This document shows, piece by piece, positions 28,273 to 38,146 of a stretch of 64,000 nucleotides of DNA. The notes under the pieces were generated by a model. It saw only the letters and a program-made list of their open reading frames with translations. It did no database searches and was not told the DNA's origin. This DNA is from Gemmatimonadota bacterium (GTDB lineage Bacteria > Gemmatimonadota > Gemmatimonadetes > Gemmatimonadales > GWC2-71-9). Both the position numbers and the translations under genes were made by a program. The stretch is taken from assembly GCA_039588055.1 (NCBI GenBank), contig JBDHAN010000003.1, positions 8,249-72,248 on the forward strand. The letters are read 5' to 3'. Within the stretch, counting starts at the first letter, position 1. Each line of letters starts with the position of its first letter.

Positions 28273-30285
28273 ATGATCGCAAGCCTCAAGAATCGCCCAG
28301 TCGAGCAACGCTCGGATCCTGTGAGCTTCGAAGGGCGAGTGCTGTTTCTCGTCGACGACGCCGATCTCGTCCGACGCCAACTCGCAGGGGAAGACCTCCC
28401 GCGGCCGGCCGGCTTGCGTGACAACATCTCGACCGACGAGATCACACCGGCCTACATCTGTTATTACTACGACGAAACGCTGGGCGACTTTCCCTATCTC
28501 GGACTCAAGGCCGGCGGGGAGTTCCCAATCACGCGGGGGAGCGTCAAAGCAGGTGGCTTCGTCTGCTCGGTCAGCGGCAAGCGCAGGGGCAAAGGGTCTT
28601 CGCGGGAACAGTCGCCCTATGCGGAACGGTGTGCCGGCATCCAGCTCGTCATCGCCGAGAGCATCGAGCGCATCTACCGGGAGAACTGCCAGAACCTCGG
28701 CCTGTTGACCAGCACCGACTTTTCGTTGGTCGAGCGGCTGCGCGCCGGCGAGAAGATCCCACTCAGTGATTTTACTGACGGAGAAGGGGAAATCACACGC
28801 GGCATCATCGAACACGGTGGCCTCTTCCAATACAACGTGGCCCGCCTGCAGGGAAAGGTCACCGTTCCTCCGGTCGCGCAGTCGGCGCGTCCCATGACCC
28901 TGGCCGAAAAGATTATTGCCCGGCACTGGGTCACAGACCTGGCACAAGACGTGGTCGGCGTGTCGTACGTCGCCCCTGGAGATGAAGGGTTCGTGCGTAC
29001 CGACATCCGGTTCAGCCACGAGTACGTGACGCCGATGGCCGCCATCTTCTGGCGCGACTACGTCGGGGCGGACGAAGCCATTGTCGATCCGGAATCGGTG
29101 CTCTTCTTCCGGGATCACCTGACGTTTCTCGAGCTCGCCATGACGGACGAGCGTAAGGCGCAGGGGCTGCTCGACACGGCGCTCGAGTTGAAAGAGAAAC
29201 AGGAGACGTTTGCGAAACAACAAGGTGTGAAGCTGTACGGCGAGTTGCCACGGGTAGGGGCGCACATGATGGTGCAGGGGTCCGAAGCCATCTGCCACTC
29301 CAAGATCCTGGAGAATCACGTGCTGCCCGGACACCTCATCATTGGGAGCGACTCACATACCCCGCATGCCGGTGCTATCGGCGCGGTCGCTTTTGGGGTT
29401 GGCACGACGGCAGTGTTCAATTCGTGGCTCACGAAGGATGTCCGAATTGCCGTGCCGCCGTCGGTTCTCGTGCGGGTGAGCGGTCGTAAGCCAGCTCACG
29501 TGACCGCAAAGGACTTCATGCTACAGGTGCTCCGGCATCCGTACGTGAAGAACGGGCACGCGATCGGGAAGATTGTGGAATACGCTGGCGATGCGGTGGA
29601 AGCATTGTCGGTCGATGAGCGAGCGACGATGACCAATATGGCGGCCGAAGTCGGTGCGTTCACGGGTATCATCCGACCGGATGAGGAGGCAGTGGCGTTT
29701 CTAGCGCGCGAGCGCGGCGTGGATCCGAGTGAGGTTCGCGCGCTGCTCGAGGGCCTCTACTCGGATCCCGGGGCGGAGTTCGAGACCATAATCGAGATCG
29801 ACGCCTCCGAGCTGCAGCCAATGGTGGCGCTGCCTGGTGATCCGGGGAACGGGTTGTTCATCTCGGAACTTGGAGACCTCGTCAGTATCGACATCGCGTA
29901 CGCAGGCTCGTGTACGGCGGGTAAGAAATCCGATATGGACATGTATGCTGCAGTGTTCCGCAATGCGCTGGCGCAGGGGCGTCGGGTGCATGACGACGTC
30001 GAGTGCTTTATTCAGTGTGGCTCACAGGAGGTCAAGCGCTACTGCGAGGAACGTGGGTACATCGAGATCTTTCGCGACGTGGGTGCGCAGTTCATCGAAC
30101 CGTCATGCGGAGCGTGCATCAACGCCGGACCGGGTGTCTCGTATGATCGCGAGACCGTGACCGTGAGCGCGATCAATCGCAACTTCCCCGGACGTTCGGG
30201 ACCCGGACAGCTATACCTCGCCAGTCCCTACACGACGGCGGCGAGCGCCGTCGCCGGGCACATCACCGCCTGGATTCCGGAATAG
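28273..30285 (+). CDS. Aconitase-family hydro-lyase, LeuD-like swivel fused N-terminal to a LeuC-like domain
   Basis: DNISTDEI and GSSRE (swivel), then MTLAEKI, DSHT, GSCT, CGAC, NRNFPGR. Confidence 0.9.
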   Translation: MIASLKNRPVEQRSDPVSFEGRVLFLVDDADLVRRQLAGEDLPRPAGLRDNISTDEITPAYICYYYDETLGDFPYLGLKAGGEFPITRGSVKAGGFVCSVSGKRRGKGSSREQSPYAERCAGIQLVIAESIERIYRENCQNLGLLTSTDFSLVERLRAGEKIPLSDFTDGEGEITRGIIEHGGLFQYNVARLQGKVTVPPVAQSARPMTLAEKIIARHWVTDLAQDVVGVSYVAPGDEGFVRTDIRFSHEYVTPMAAIFWRDYVGADEAIVDPESVLFFRDHLTFLELAMTDERKAQGLLDTALELKEKQETFAKQQGVKLYGELPRVGAHMMVQGSEAICHSKILENHVLPGHLIIGSDSHTPHAGAIGAVAFGVGTTAVFNSWLTKDVRIAVPPSVLVRVSGRKPAHVTAKDFMLQVLRHPYVKNGHAIGKIVEYAGDAVEALSVDERATMTNMAAEVGAFTGIIRPDEEAVAFLARERGVDPSEVRALLEGLYSDPGAEFETIIEIDASELQPMVALPGDPGNGLFISELGDLVSIDIAYAGSCTAGKKSDMDMYAAVFRNALAQGRRVHDDVECFIQCGSQEVKRYCEERGYIEIFRDVGAQFIEPSCGACINAGPGVSYDRETVTVSAINRNFPGRSGPGQLYLASPYTTAASAVAGHITAWIPE

Positions 30286-30299
30286 TCAGCGTCGGGGGC

Positions 30300-31670
30300 T
30301 CACCGCCCAGGGTCGGGCGAAGTCGCTCCCTCTGAGAGATCGTCTCCCTCGTTCAGCGCATCGACTGATCGATCGGGTCGGAAGGCCGCTGGTGGGTAGA
30401 CGCCTCGTGCGTTCCACAGCACCCAGTCCGTGAGCCCGACGTCTTCCACCGCCTGAATCTGGGCACGAATCTCATCCGGTCCGTAGCGCACGCGGTAGAT
30501 AGTGAATGCCTGGAGATATGGACGGATGCGAGCTGAACGCTCGAGCCCGTGGGACCGCGCAACGGCTTCCTCGAGGGCGCGGCGCACGATCTCGTACGGC
30601 TCCCTGTTTGGGTGGGCAATCCCGAAGGAGCCACGGCGATAATGGCTGGGGTACACCATTGGGAGAATGACATCGGCGGCACGAGTGAAATCCTCCCAGA
30701 CCTGTCCGATGCCGAGGTCTCCCGTCGCGGAGGTCGCGAGCCCGAAGATGTCCAGCGTGAACGGGACGCCGAGTGCGGTCACCCGCTGGCGTAGGAGGTT
30801 GAGGTTGCGGCGAATGGCGGCGCGCCGGCTTTCGCCGGGTCGTCGCGCGGGATACACCGTACGGTTCAGCCGTCGTGGGGGCTCGTCCGGAAAGCGCACG
30901 TAATCGAACTGGATCTCCTTGAAACCGAGAACGACGGCCTCCGCCGCAAGGTCCGCCGCGTAGATCCACACCGAGTCGTTATACGCGTCCACCCACGGCT
31001 CGCCCAGCCCGTCTCGCCAGAGCCCGCCAGTTGCCGAATCGCGGATTGCCCAGTCTGGCTTGTGCCGTGCGAGCAATGGATCGCGTGCGACGACGATGCG
31101 TGCGATGGCATGAATGCCATGTTGCTCGAGCATGGCGAGTCGTGCCCGGGTGTCGCGGGCCCGCACGAGGCCGTTGGCCCCGATCTGTTCGGCCGTGGGG
31201 ACGCTCGATCGATAGGTGAGGTAGCCGGTGGCGTCCTTGGCGTCGATGACCAACGCGTTGATCTCGGTCGTGTCAGCAAGGGCAACGAGATCGTACAATC
31301 GGTTCGAGCCGAAGAGCCAGCCGTTGGCGTAGAGTCCTTTGAGTGCCGCGGGCGGTTGCCCCGCCGGGGGGGCCGGAATGGCGATTGCGGAAGCAGCATG
31401 CGGTCGGAGGCCCGCGAGATAGTCCGGAGCGTCCCGGTCATGATGAACGGCGGGAAGCAGGGCTTCCGATGCGGGTGCTGTTGGCAGCGCCAATGGCCGC
31501 GTCGGTGCCAGCAGCATCTCCAGCGCGTACTCGGGGATGCTGTCGCTGTGGTGCGGTGGCGAGAGCCACCGCACACCGTTGACTGCCTGCCCACTCAGTT
31601 CTGAGGCTGAGACCGCGGCAACAACTGCCAAAGCGATCAACCCATTCTTGACGTCCAGTCCCAATCGCAT
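30300..31670 (-). CDS. Secreted putative glycoside hydrolase (DUF4015-like)
   Basis: NALVIDAKD, IARIVV, EIQFDYVRFP, IGQ, PMVYPSHY, RPYLQAF. Confidence 0.85.
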   Translation of the reverse strand: MRLGLDVKNGLIALAVVAAVSASELSGQAVNGVRWLSPPHHSDSIPEYALEMLLAPTRPLALPTAPASEALLPAVHHDRDAPDYLAGLRPHAASAIAIPAPPAGQPPAALKGLYANGWLFGSNRLYDLVALADTTEINALVIDAKDATGYLTYRSSVPTAEQIGANGLVRARDTRARLAMLEQHGIHAIARIVVARDPLLARHKPDWAIRDSATGGLWRDGLGEPWVDAYNDSVWIYAADLAAEAVVLGFKEIQFDYVRFPDEPPRRLNRTVYPARRPGESRRAAIRRNLNLLRQRVTALGVPFTLDIFGLATSATGDLGIGQVWEDFTRAADVILPMVYPSHYRRGSFGIAHPNREPYEIVRRALEEAVARSHGLERSARIRPYLQAFTIYRVRYGPDEIRAQIQAVEDVGLTDWVLWNARGVYPPAAFRPDRSVDALNEGDDLSEGATSPDPGR

Positions 31671-31773
31671 GCTGCCGTGTGGTCTCCTCGATGATCGCAA
31701 TGGAGACGAAGAGACGGCGCGGCCGGTGAGATTCACGTCCGCCCCGTCTCTTCCGTTCTGGTGCTGACGACGA

Positions 31774-33342
31774 CTACTGCTGCTCTTGATCCAATCTCCT
31801 CAGTTCGACCCGACGGTTCTGCGCGCGTCCCGCCGCGGTCGCGTTCGTTGCGATTGGCTCATCTGGGCCGTAACCCTGTCCAACCATCCTCGACGGCTCG
31901 ACACCCTTCTGTGCGAGGTAGGCTTTGACCGCCTGCGCGCGCTCGAGCGAAAGCCGCATGTTGAGCGACCGCGACCCAGTGATATCCGTGTGGCCGGCGA
32001 TCTCCACGCGGACTTCCGGGTTGCCCAGCAGGGACGCGGCGACCTCGTCGAGAATCGCATATGAATCTTGCGTCAGAGCCGAGCGCCCCGTGGCGAAGTT
32101 GACACCCCGGAGGATGAGCGGGCGGACCACTCCTTGTTCGACCTGGAACAGCAACGGACATCCCACTGCGTCAACGGTCTGGCCCGCCGACGTGTTGGGG
32201 CAGCGGTCCGTGCCGTCAGGCACGCCGTCACCATCGCTGTCCAGTGGGCAGCCGAGCGTGTCAACGGGCGTGGCCGGAGGTGTGCCGGGGCACTGGTCGA
32301 TGTCGTTCACCACACCGTCACCGTCCTCATCCATCGGGCATCCACGCGCGTCAACGGGTGTTCCCGCCGGTGTATCGGGGCACTGGTCGAGGCCATCGAA
32401 CACCCCGTCACCATCGCCGTCGGACGGACACCCGTCTGGGTTGACCGTTGCGCCGGCCGGGGTATCGGGACAGCGGTCCAGGCCGTCGAAGACGCCGTCC
32501 GCGTCAGAATCGATGGGACAGCCGTTCGGGTCGACGACCGCGCCGGCCGGAGTGTTCGGGCACACGTCGATGCCGTCGAAGACACCGTCGGCGTCGGTGT
32601 CGCTGGGACAGCCGCTTGCGTCGACCAGCGCGCCGGCGGGTGTGTCCGGGCAGCGGTCGAGTCCATTGAAGACGCCGTCGCTGTCCCCGTCCAACGGACA
32701 ACCCTGAAGGTCGACTTCCGCGCCCAGAGGTGTGCCGGGACATGCGTCGCGTCGATTGGGCACCCCGTCGCCGTCCGCATCTCTTGGCGGTCCGCCAAAC
32801 GCGAAAATCGAGAGCCCAGCGGACGCACCAAAGTGCGCGGCCGTGCCCTCTACTGCGGTGAGAGCGGTGCCGGAGTAGAGATCACCGCGTCCCTCGAGTC
32901 GGAACGCCGCTCGCCCTCCCAGCGGAAAACGGAAGCCGATGACGCCGTGTGGTCCGCTGTTCTCGCCAACCGCGGCGCCACGATAGTAGATCCGGCCAAA
33001 CCCAAGTCCGAGGTACGCGCTGGCGAATCCCATGCTCAAGGTGTGTGCGTAGACCGTGCCGCCAATCCGGGTGACCTTGACCCGGTCTCCCGTGGTCGCC
33101 TGCTGGGTCGACGTGTGGTCTCCGTTGGCCTCGATCGCGATGAGGCGGGTCAGGAAGAGGCCGAGCCGACCACCCGCACCGAAGGCCGCGTCGAGGTCGG
33201 TGTCGGTTTTGTCATAGGCGGTGATGGCACCGAACAGTCCAAGCTCGACCTGCCATGGATTGCCGATTTGGGCGTCGGCTCGGATGGCGAAGGCCGACGC
33301 GGCCAGCACCGCACCGGCGATTGCTTTGCGGATCATGCGCAT
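31774..33342 (-). CDS. OmpA family protein: beta-barrel, thrombospondin type-3 repeats, OmpA_C peptidoglycan-binding domain
   Basis: Signal peptide, DxDxDG repeats, GHTD, NxxLSxxRA, NRRVE. Confidence 0.93.
   Translation of the reverse strand: MRMIRKAIAGAVLAASAFAIRADAQIGNPWQVELGLFGAITAYDKTDTDLDAAFGAGGRLGLFLTRLIAIEANGDHTSTQQATTGDRVKVTRIGGTVYAHTLSMGFASAYLGLGFGRIYYRGAAVGENSGPHGVIGFRFPLGGRAAFRLEGRGDLYSGTALTAVEGTAAHFGASAGLSIFAFGGPPRDADGDGVPNRRDACPGTPLGAEVDLQGCPLDGDSDGVFNGLDRCPDTPAGALVDASGCPSDTDADGVFDGIDVCPNTPAGAVVDPNGCPIDSDADGVFDGLDRCPDTPAGATVNPDGCPSDGDGDGVFDGLDQCPDTPAGTPVDARGCPMDEDGDGVVNDIDQCPGTPPATPVDTLGCPLDSDGDGVPDGTDRCPNTSAGQTVDAVGCPLLFQVEQGVVRPLILRGVNFATGRSALTQDSYAILDEVAASLLGNPEVRVEIAGHTDITGSRSLNMRLSLERAQAVKAYLAQKGVEPSRMVGQGYGPDEPIATNATAAGRAQNRRVELRRLDQEQQ
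32152..32781 (-). repeat. Seven 90-nt coding repeats (DxDxDGVxxxxDxCPxTPxGxxVDxxGCPx)
   Basis: Seven 30-aa units counted in the translation. Confidence 0.92.
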
Positions 33343-33470
33343 GGGTTGTCTCCTGCGAGCAATCTACTACTAACCACTCCTGTCGCCACAGTGAGGTAGG
33401 TCACGCTCGAGCCCGCGAGATTGGCCTCGAGATTACCTTTGCGGGGAATCTCAACGGAAAGGAGCTGCTG

Positions 33471-33704
33471 GTGCAGTTGGCTATTCAGTTCTGCGGGGTT
33501 TGAGGCTACGAACCCCGGGCCGCCAGTTTGGCGGCCGAAATTGAGCAAGCCTATCCCGACGCTACGGTCGAGCTCGTCGAGTCGTCCGGTGGCGTGTTCG
33601 AGGTCACCCTCGATGGCGACCTGATCTTCTCGAAGATGCAGCTGGGAAGACACGCCGAGCCGGGTGAGGTTCTCGGTATTCTCACCAAGCGTCTCGGGTC
33701 CTGA
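33471..33704 (+). CDS. SelT/SelW/SelH (Rdx) family selenoprotein, CxxU, 77 aa
   Basis: AAAGGAG RBS and GTG start give MQLAIQFCGV-UGA-GYEPRAASLA...GGVFEVTLDGDLIFSK...GRHAEPGEV. Family similarity continues across the in-frame TGA at 33501. Confidence 0.88.
33518..33536 (+). promoter_or_regulatory. Putative bacterial SECIS hairpin GGCCGCCA-GTT-TGGCGGCC
   Basis: Perfect 8-bp stem starting 14 nt after the UGA, with G in the loop. Confidence 0.75.
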
Positions 33705-33715
33705 GTCTGCGCACG

Positions 33716-34795
33716 ATGCGAGTGGCCATATCGACCGGTGGAGGAGACGCGCCGGCGCTCAACGCGGTCATTCGATCGATCGTGTTGTCAGGTATCCAGC
33801 TCGGCTGGGAAGTGTTCGGAGTCAAGCGCGGCTTCGGAGGCCTCTTGGGCCAGGCGCGCGTCGTCCAGATGGATCGAGAAAGCGTGCGGGGAATCCTGCA
33901 CACTGGGGGCACGATTCTCGGCACCACGAATCGCGGCAACCCGTTTCGGTGGCCGTCGCTTGAGACGAGCGGCAAGTGGATCGAGACAGACCGATCAGCT
34001 GAGCTACTCGAGTCCTTCAGGCAACTGGCGCTCGACGCCTTGATCGCCGTCGGAGGGGATGGAACCCTCCACATCGCCTATGAGCTTTGGAAACGCGGAC
34101 TCCCGGTCGTTGGTGTTCCCAAGACGATCGACCGTGACGTGGCCGGGACGGTCATCACGTTTGGGTTCGACACAGCGGTCCAGACTGCGACAGACGCGCT
34201 GGATAAGCTTCACTCGACGGCTGAGTCACATGATCGCGTCATGGTCGTCGAGGTCATGGGACGCCATGCCGGGTGGATTGCGCTCAACGCCGGGTTGAGC
34301 GGTGGCGCTGACGTCGTGCTGATTCCGGAGATCCCGTTTGATCTTGAGGCTGTCTATGCCAAAATCCGTCGGCGCGAGGCTATGGGGCGCCACTTCAGCA
34401 TCGTGGTCGTCGCCGAGGGGGCCCGGGCCAAGGACGGTGCGGTGAGCGTGAGACACGAAGCGAAGGTCGGCGGCGTCGAACGGCTCGGTGGTATCGCAGA
34501 TCTCGTCGCGCAGGCCATTGCGCAGAATACCGGTAAGGAGACTCGATCTCTCACATTGGGCCATCTCCTCCGTGGCGGAACCCCGAGCTCATGGGATCGT
34601 CTGTTGGGTCTCAGGTTCGGGGCCGCCGCAATCCGTGCCGTCGCCGAGGGCAAGTTCGGCCACATGGTGGCCATAGACCCACCTGAGATGGTGACGGTGC
34701 CGCTCGAGGCCGTAACAGGGAAACCCAATCAAGTGCCGCTCGAAAGTGATACGGTGCGCGCCGCGCGAGAAATCGGGATCTGCCTCGGAGAGTGA
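33716..34795 (+). CDS. 6-phosphofructokinase (PfkA family, group III-like)
   Basis: TGGGDAP, GGTILGT, GGDGT, PKTID, MGRHAG, RGG. Confidence 0.93.
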   Translation: MRVAISTGGGDAPALNAVIRSIVLSGIQLGWEVFGVKRGFGGLLGQARVVQMDRESVRGILHTGGTILGTTNRGNPFRWPSLETSGKWIETDRSAELLESFRQLALDALIAVGGDGTLHIAYELWKRGLPVVGVPKTIDRDVAGTVITFGFDTAVQTATDALDKLHSTAESHDRVMVVEVMGRHAGWIALNAGLSGGADVVLIPEIPFDLEAVYAKIRRREAMGRHFSIVVVAEGARAKDGAVSVRHEAKVGGVERLGGIADLVAQAIAQNTGKETRSLTLGHLLRGGTPSSWDRLLGLRFGAAAIRAVAEGKFGHMVAIDPPEMVTVPLEAVTGKPNQVPLESDTVRAAREIGICLGE

Positions 34796-34823
34796 GACCC
34801 GCGCCCGTTCCCCGGGGATTCGC

Positions 34824-37385
34824 ATGAGCCAACGCTCTCACATCCGCGATCACTTCCTCCCGCCGGATCCGGAGGCGTATCGTCGTGCGGAGCCCGCGAC
34901 AGGCCGCATCATTGTCATTGCGCCCACCCGCGCCGCATGCGAAACCATTGAACGGGCCTGTCACCTTAGGATTGAAACCGTGTTGGAGCGAGAGCACGGT
35001 GTGGAGATCCGCGAGTTGGCGCGGCGCGGTGTCGGGTTTGGCATGGTCGCGGGAACCGGAACCGGAAAGACCCTTGCCATCCGTCCGATTGCCGAGGAAA
35101 CGCTCGGCGTTCCACTCAAGATCGGCGTTGTGAATCGGGAGCGCGAAGCGACACCTGACACGCCAACATGGAATGTCGTGATCGTGACCACGGGTATTGC
35201 GCGCCGGTGGTTCCAGGACGAGCTCATTCTCCCGCAGGACACGCTGGTCGCGGACGAGATCCATCAGACGTCCGCGGAGCTCGAGCTGTGCCTCGCGCTC
35301 GGAAAGCGCGTCGGGTGTCGGTTCATATGGCTGTCGGCAACGGTCGACCCGAGCTTCTACGCCGAATACCTGGACTCCGCCGAGGTGCTCCTCACCACGG
35401 CCTTCGATCCGTCCCGTGCGGCCCGCGTGCGGACGCGGAAAGAGGAGCCGGTTCAGTTTCTGGACGACCGTTTCATTCACAGAGCGGTGAAACAGAACCG
35501 GGGTGTCGCGGTCTTCCTGCCAACTCGGGCCGAGGTCGAAGCTGCGTCAAACGAGATCGGCGAGCGTTGGCCGGCGCTCAACGCCGCGTTCTACCACGGC
35601 GGCGAGCCAATCAGGGTGATGCAGCCCTTTCTCGATGGCGAGGCGGAGAGGCCGTTCGTTCTCGTCATGACGCAGGCAGGTCAGTCGGCCCTGAATATTC
35701 ACGGCCTCGATACGGTCGTGGTGTACGATGCGTGCTACAAGAACCAGGTGCAGCGAGGGCGCAATGTGCTCGCCAGGCAGTACCTGGGGCCCAACGAGAT
35801 TCTGCAAATGGCTGGTCGAGTCCATGGCAGGGTGGCCAACGGCGAGGTCTATATCCTGACCGACCGGGACATCGATTTCTTCGCGCTCGAACCGGTGCCC
35901 CCGGACTTTCAGCTCGCCGGTGACAGCGAGCGGGTCGCACTCACTGCCGCCGCCCTCGGTGTTGATCTCGTACAACTGGACCTGCCGGTCCCGCTAGATC
36001 GGCAAGCCTACCAGGTGGCCGTGCAACGGCTCGAGCAGCGGGGGATCATCGCAGAAGGGCGGCTCACCCGTTACGGGCGAGACGTCGAGGCGATGCCGGT
36101 CGATCGTGCGTGGGGCGAGCTGCTCGTCAATGCGGACCAGGACCTGCTCCCCTACGTCGCCGCTATGGCCAACATCGATTCACTCCACCGCATGACGAGA
36201 GACGAACCAGAACTTCATGGGCTTGTCGTCTACGGGAGCGATCATCTGACCGCCTACAACGTGTACGCTGAGGCCGTGAGCCAGTATGGACACCTAGGCG
36301 AGGTCTACGGTCTCCCGCGACACCTGTTTGGGGAGGATATCGACGAGTGGTCGGAAGATCGTGGTGTGCTGGTCAAGGCGATCGAAGATGTGGCGCTCGG
36401 CATGGCCTCTGTGTATCGCACGTTGGAATTACCGCTTCCGGTGTCGCTGCCGCGGGCGAGTCGAGGAGTGCTGCGCGCCTTTCAGGCCTTGCTTGTGCGC
36501 ACCATGCCGTTCGATCTCGTGGTGGAAGGTGAAACGGCCTCGGGTGATCGGGTCCGATTGTCGGATTCCTCGGTGTGTGAGCGGCGGGGCGCGATCGCCG
36601 GCGAGATCCGCTACTTCGCGGACCGCTTCGGTGTGCCTCGTGGTGCCATGGAGGGCACAGCAATCCCGTTCGAGCTCATCAAGCGCTACGCGGTTCGCGG
36701 AGAGCCGGCACTGGAAGTGCGTGAGGGTCGCCGCCGGACTGCGCTGTATGTCATGCGAACCACCGAGTACCACGGGTTCGTGCTAGATAGTGAAAGGCGT
36801 GTCCTGGACGACACGTTTCCGACAGAACTTGCCGAGCAAGCACGGACGGCCCTCGGCCGCGCCCTCATGTCCGGCGTGAGCCCCCACCCGAACGCGGCCA
36901 GTGTGAGTCGTGCCACCCGCCGCCTTGACGAGTACTGGCGTCGGTCCGGCGGGGAGCTACACGAAGCGGGTTCGGAGCGTGTTCGCACGTTGATCGTGGA
37001 GCAGCTCGCGGGAGTGTCGAGCTGGGAGGAATTCCTGGAGGTGCCGGTCGAGCTGAACGTCGACGCGGTCGTCCCCAGCGAATGGCGAGCCTCGCTCGAT
37101 GCGTTGCCGTCGTCGGCAACGGTCTTTGGCGACCGCGTGCCGCTCTCGTACGAAGTCGAGGGAGACGCGGGTGTCGTGCGACTACGTCTGCGCGAAAAGC
37201 GGGCCCGCCGACTCCGCGCTCAGCACTTACCAGACACGGGCCGACCCCTCCGGTTCAGCGTGGTGCGTGGGCGGCGCGACGTGATCCGGGCGACCTCGCT
37301 CGAGGAAATGCACGAGGCACTCGCCAAGTTGCCGGCGCGCGGACGGCGAGAGCAACGTGGAGGGCGTCGACGACGCCGTCGCTAG
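34824..37385 (+). CDS. HrpB-like DExH-box helicase
   Basis: GTGTGKT, DEIH, SAT, FLPT, QMAGRVHGR and an HrpB-like C-terminus. Confidence 0.85.
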   Translation: MSQRSHIRDHFLPPDPEAYRRAEPATGRIIVIAPTRAACETIERACHLRIETVLEREHGVEIRELARRGVGFGMVAGTGTGKTLAIRPIAEETLGVPLKIGVVNREREATPDTPTWNVVIVTTGIARRWFQDELILPQDTLVADEIHQTSAELELCLALGKRVGCRFIWLSATVDPSFYAEYLDSAEVLLTTAFDPSRAARVRTRKEEPVQFLDDRFIHRAVKQNRGVAVFLPTRAEVEAASNEIGERWPALNAAFYHGGEPIRVMQPFLDGEAERPFVLVMTQAGQSALNIHGLDTVVVYDACYKNQVQRGRNVLARQYLGPNEILQMAGRVHGRVANGEVYILTDRDIDFFALEPVPPDFQLAGDSERVALTAAALGVDLVQLDLPVPLDRQAYQVAVQRLEQRGIIAEGRLTRYGRDVEAMPVDRAWGELLVNADQDLLPYVAAMANIDSLHRMTRDEPELHGLVVYGSDHLTAYNVYAEAVSQYGHLGEVYGLPRHLFGEDIDEWSEDRGVLVKAIEDVALGMASVYRTLELPLPVSLPRASRGVLRAFQALLVRTMPFDLVVEGETASGDRVRLSDSSVCERRGAIAGEIRYFADRFGVPRGAMEGTAIPFELIKRYAVRGEPALEVREGRRRTALYVMRTTEYHGFVLDSERRVLDDTFPTELAEQARTALGRALMSGVSPHPNAASVSRATRRLDEYWRRSGGELHEAGSERVRTLIVEQLAGVSSWEEFLEVPVELNVDAVVPSEWRASLDALPSSATVFGDRVPLSYEVEGDAGVVRLRLREKRARRLRAQHLPDTGRPLRFSVVRGRRDVIRATSLEEMHEALAKLPARGRREQRGGRRRRRR

Positions 37386-37972
37386 GCAGGGGGTTCGGCG
37401 AACGACAATATGCCGAGCCACGCGGCTGCGTAGGATCCTTCCAGTCCGCCCTGGTCGGCTCCACCCAAGAGCTCGAAGCCCATCCCCGTCACGACCGCAC
37501 CGAGCAGAAGCCCGAGCTCCGACTCCGGGATCCGCACGCGCTCGCCTGACCGTTCGAGCATCTGACGTGCCGCGCCGCCGAGCGTGCGGCTGAACCCTCG
37601 GTGCGCCTCACTGACCTGGTGTTCAGGAAGGTGTCTCCCCGGACCGAACAACGTGGTCCAGGCCAACACGACTCCATTCGCTGACTCGTCGACCAGGAGA
37701 TTCCATGTGGCGTCGATTGCCTCACGGGGCGTGCGTCCTTCGAGTGCGCCAGTCCACTGCGCTCGCCGCCCCTCTGCGAGATCGATAGCCACTGCCTCCC
37801 ACAGTCGTTGCTTGCTCTTGAAGTGGTAGTGGACGAGTCCCTTGGCGCAGCCCACCTCGGTGGCGACGTCGGCGACCGTGACGTCATCCGCCCCGCTTCG
37901 CTTGACGAGGGAAGTTGCGGCGCTGACAATCGTCTCCCGCGAGTGTTCAGAATCCGTGCGTTTCTTTGGCAT
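37382..37972 (-). CDS. TetR/AcrR family regulator
   Basis: VTVADVATEVGCAKGLVHYHFKSK; GGGAG RBS. Confidence 0.9.
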   Translation of the reverse strand: MPKKRTDSEHSRETIVSAATSLVKRSGADDVTVADVATEVGCAKGLVHYHFKSKQRLWEAVAIDLAEGRRAQWTGALEGRTPREAIDATWNLLVDESANGVVLAWTTLFGPGRHLPEHQVSEAHRGFSRTLGGAARQMLERSGERVRIPESELGLLLGAVVTGMGFELLGGADQGGLEGSYAAAWLGILSFAEPPA

Positions 37973-38146
37973 GTGTTGCTCCCGACTGTTCGTACAGCCA
38001 ATACCGTTGCGGCGCTGGGTACCAGGCCAACTCGACAATACTGGCCCAACAACCAGCGAACTGTCAAGGTGGAGGCGGTGTTCTGTGAGAAGGCACCGGA
38101 AGTGAAACCGAGGATCCGGCCGCGGCGTAGAGGAGAGGGAAAGCTC

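Noticed and set aside
28213-29334. N-terminal 374 aa of the 681-aa minus ORF
   Set aside because: Antisense shadow of the aconitase-family gene. The real lipoprotein starts at 28212.
32152-32781. Possible CRISPR-like periodic repeats
   Set aside because: In-frame 90-nt TSP3 protein repeats with synonymous variation; no spacers and no cas genes.
33364-33372. CTACTACTA upstream of ompA matching TAGTAGTAG at trmB
   Set aside because: Low-complexity 9-mer that also occurs in tetR coding sequence (22601-22609); insufficient evidence for a regulon.
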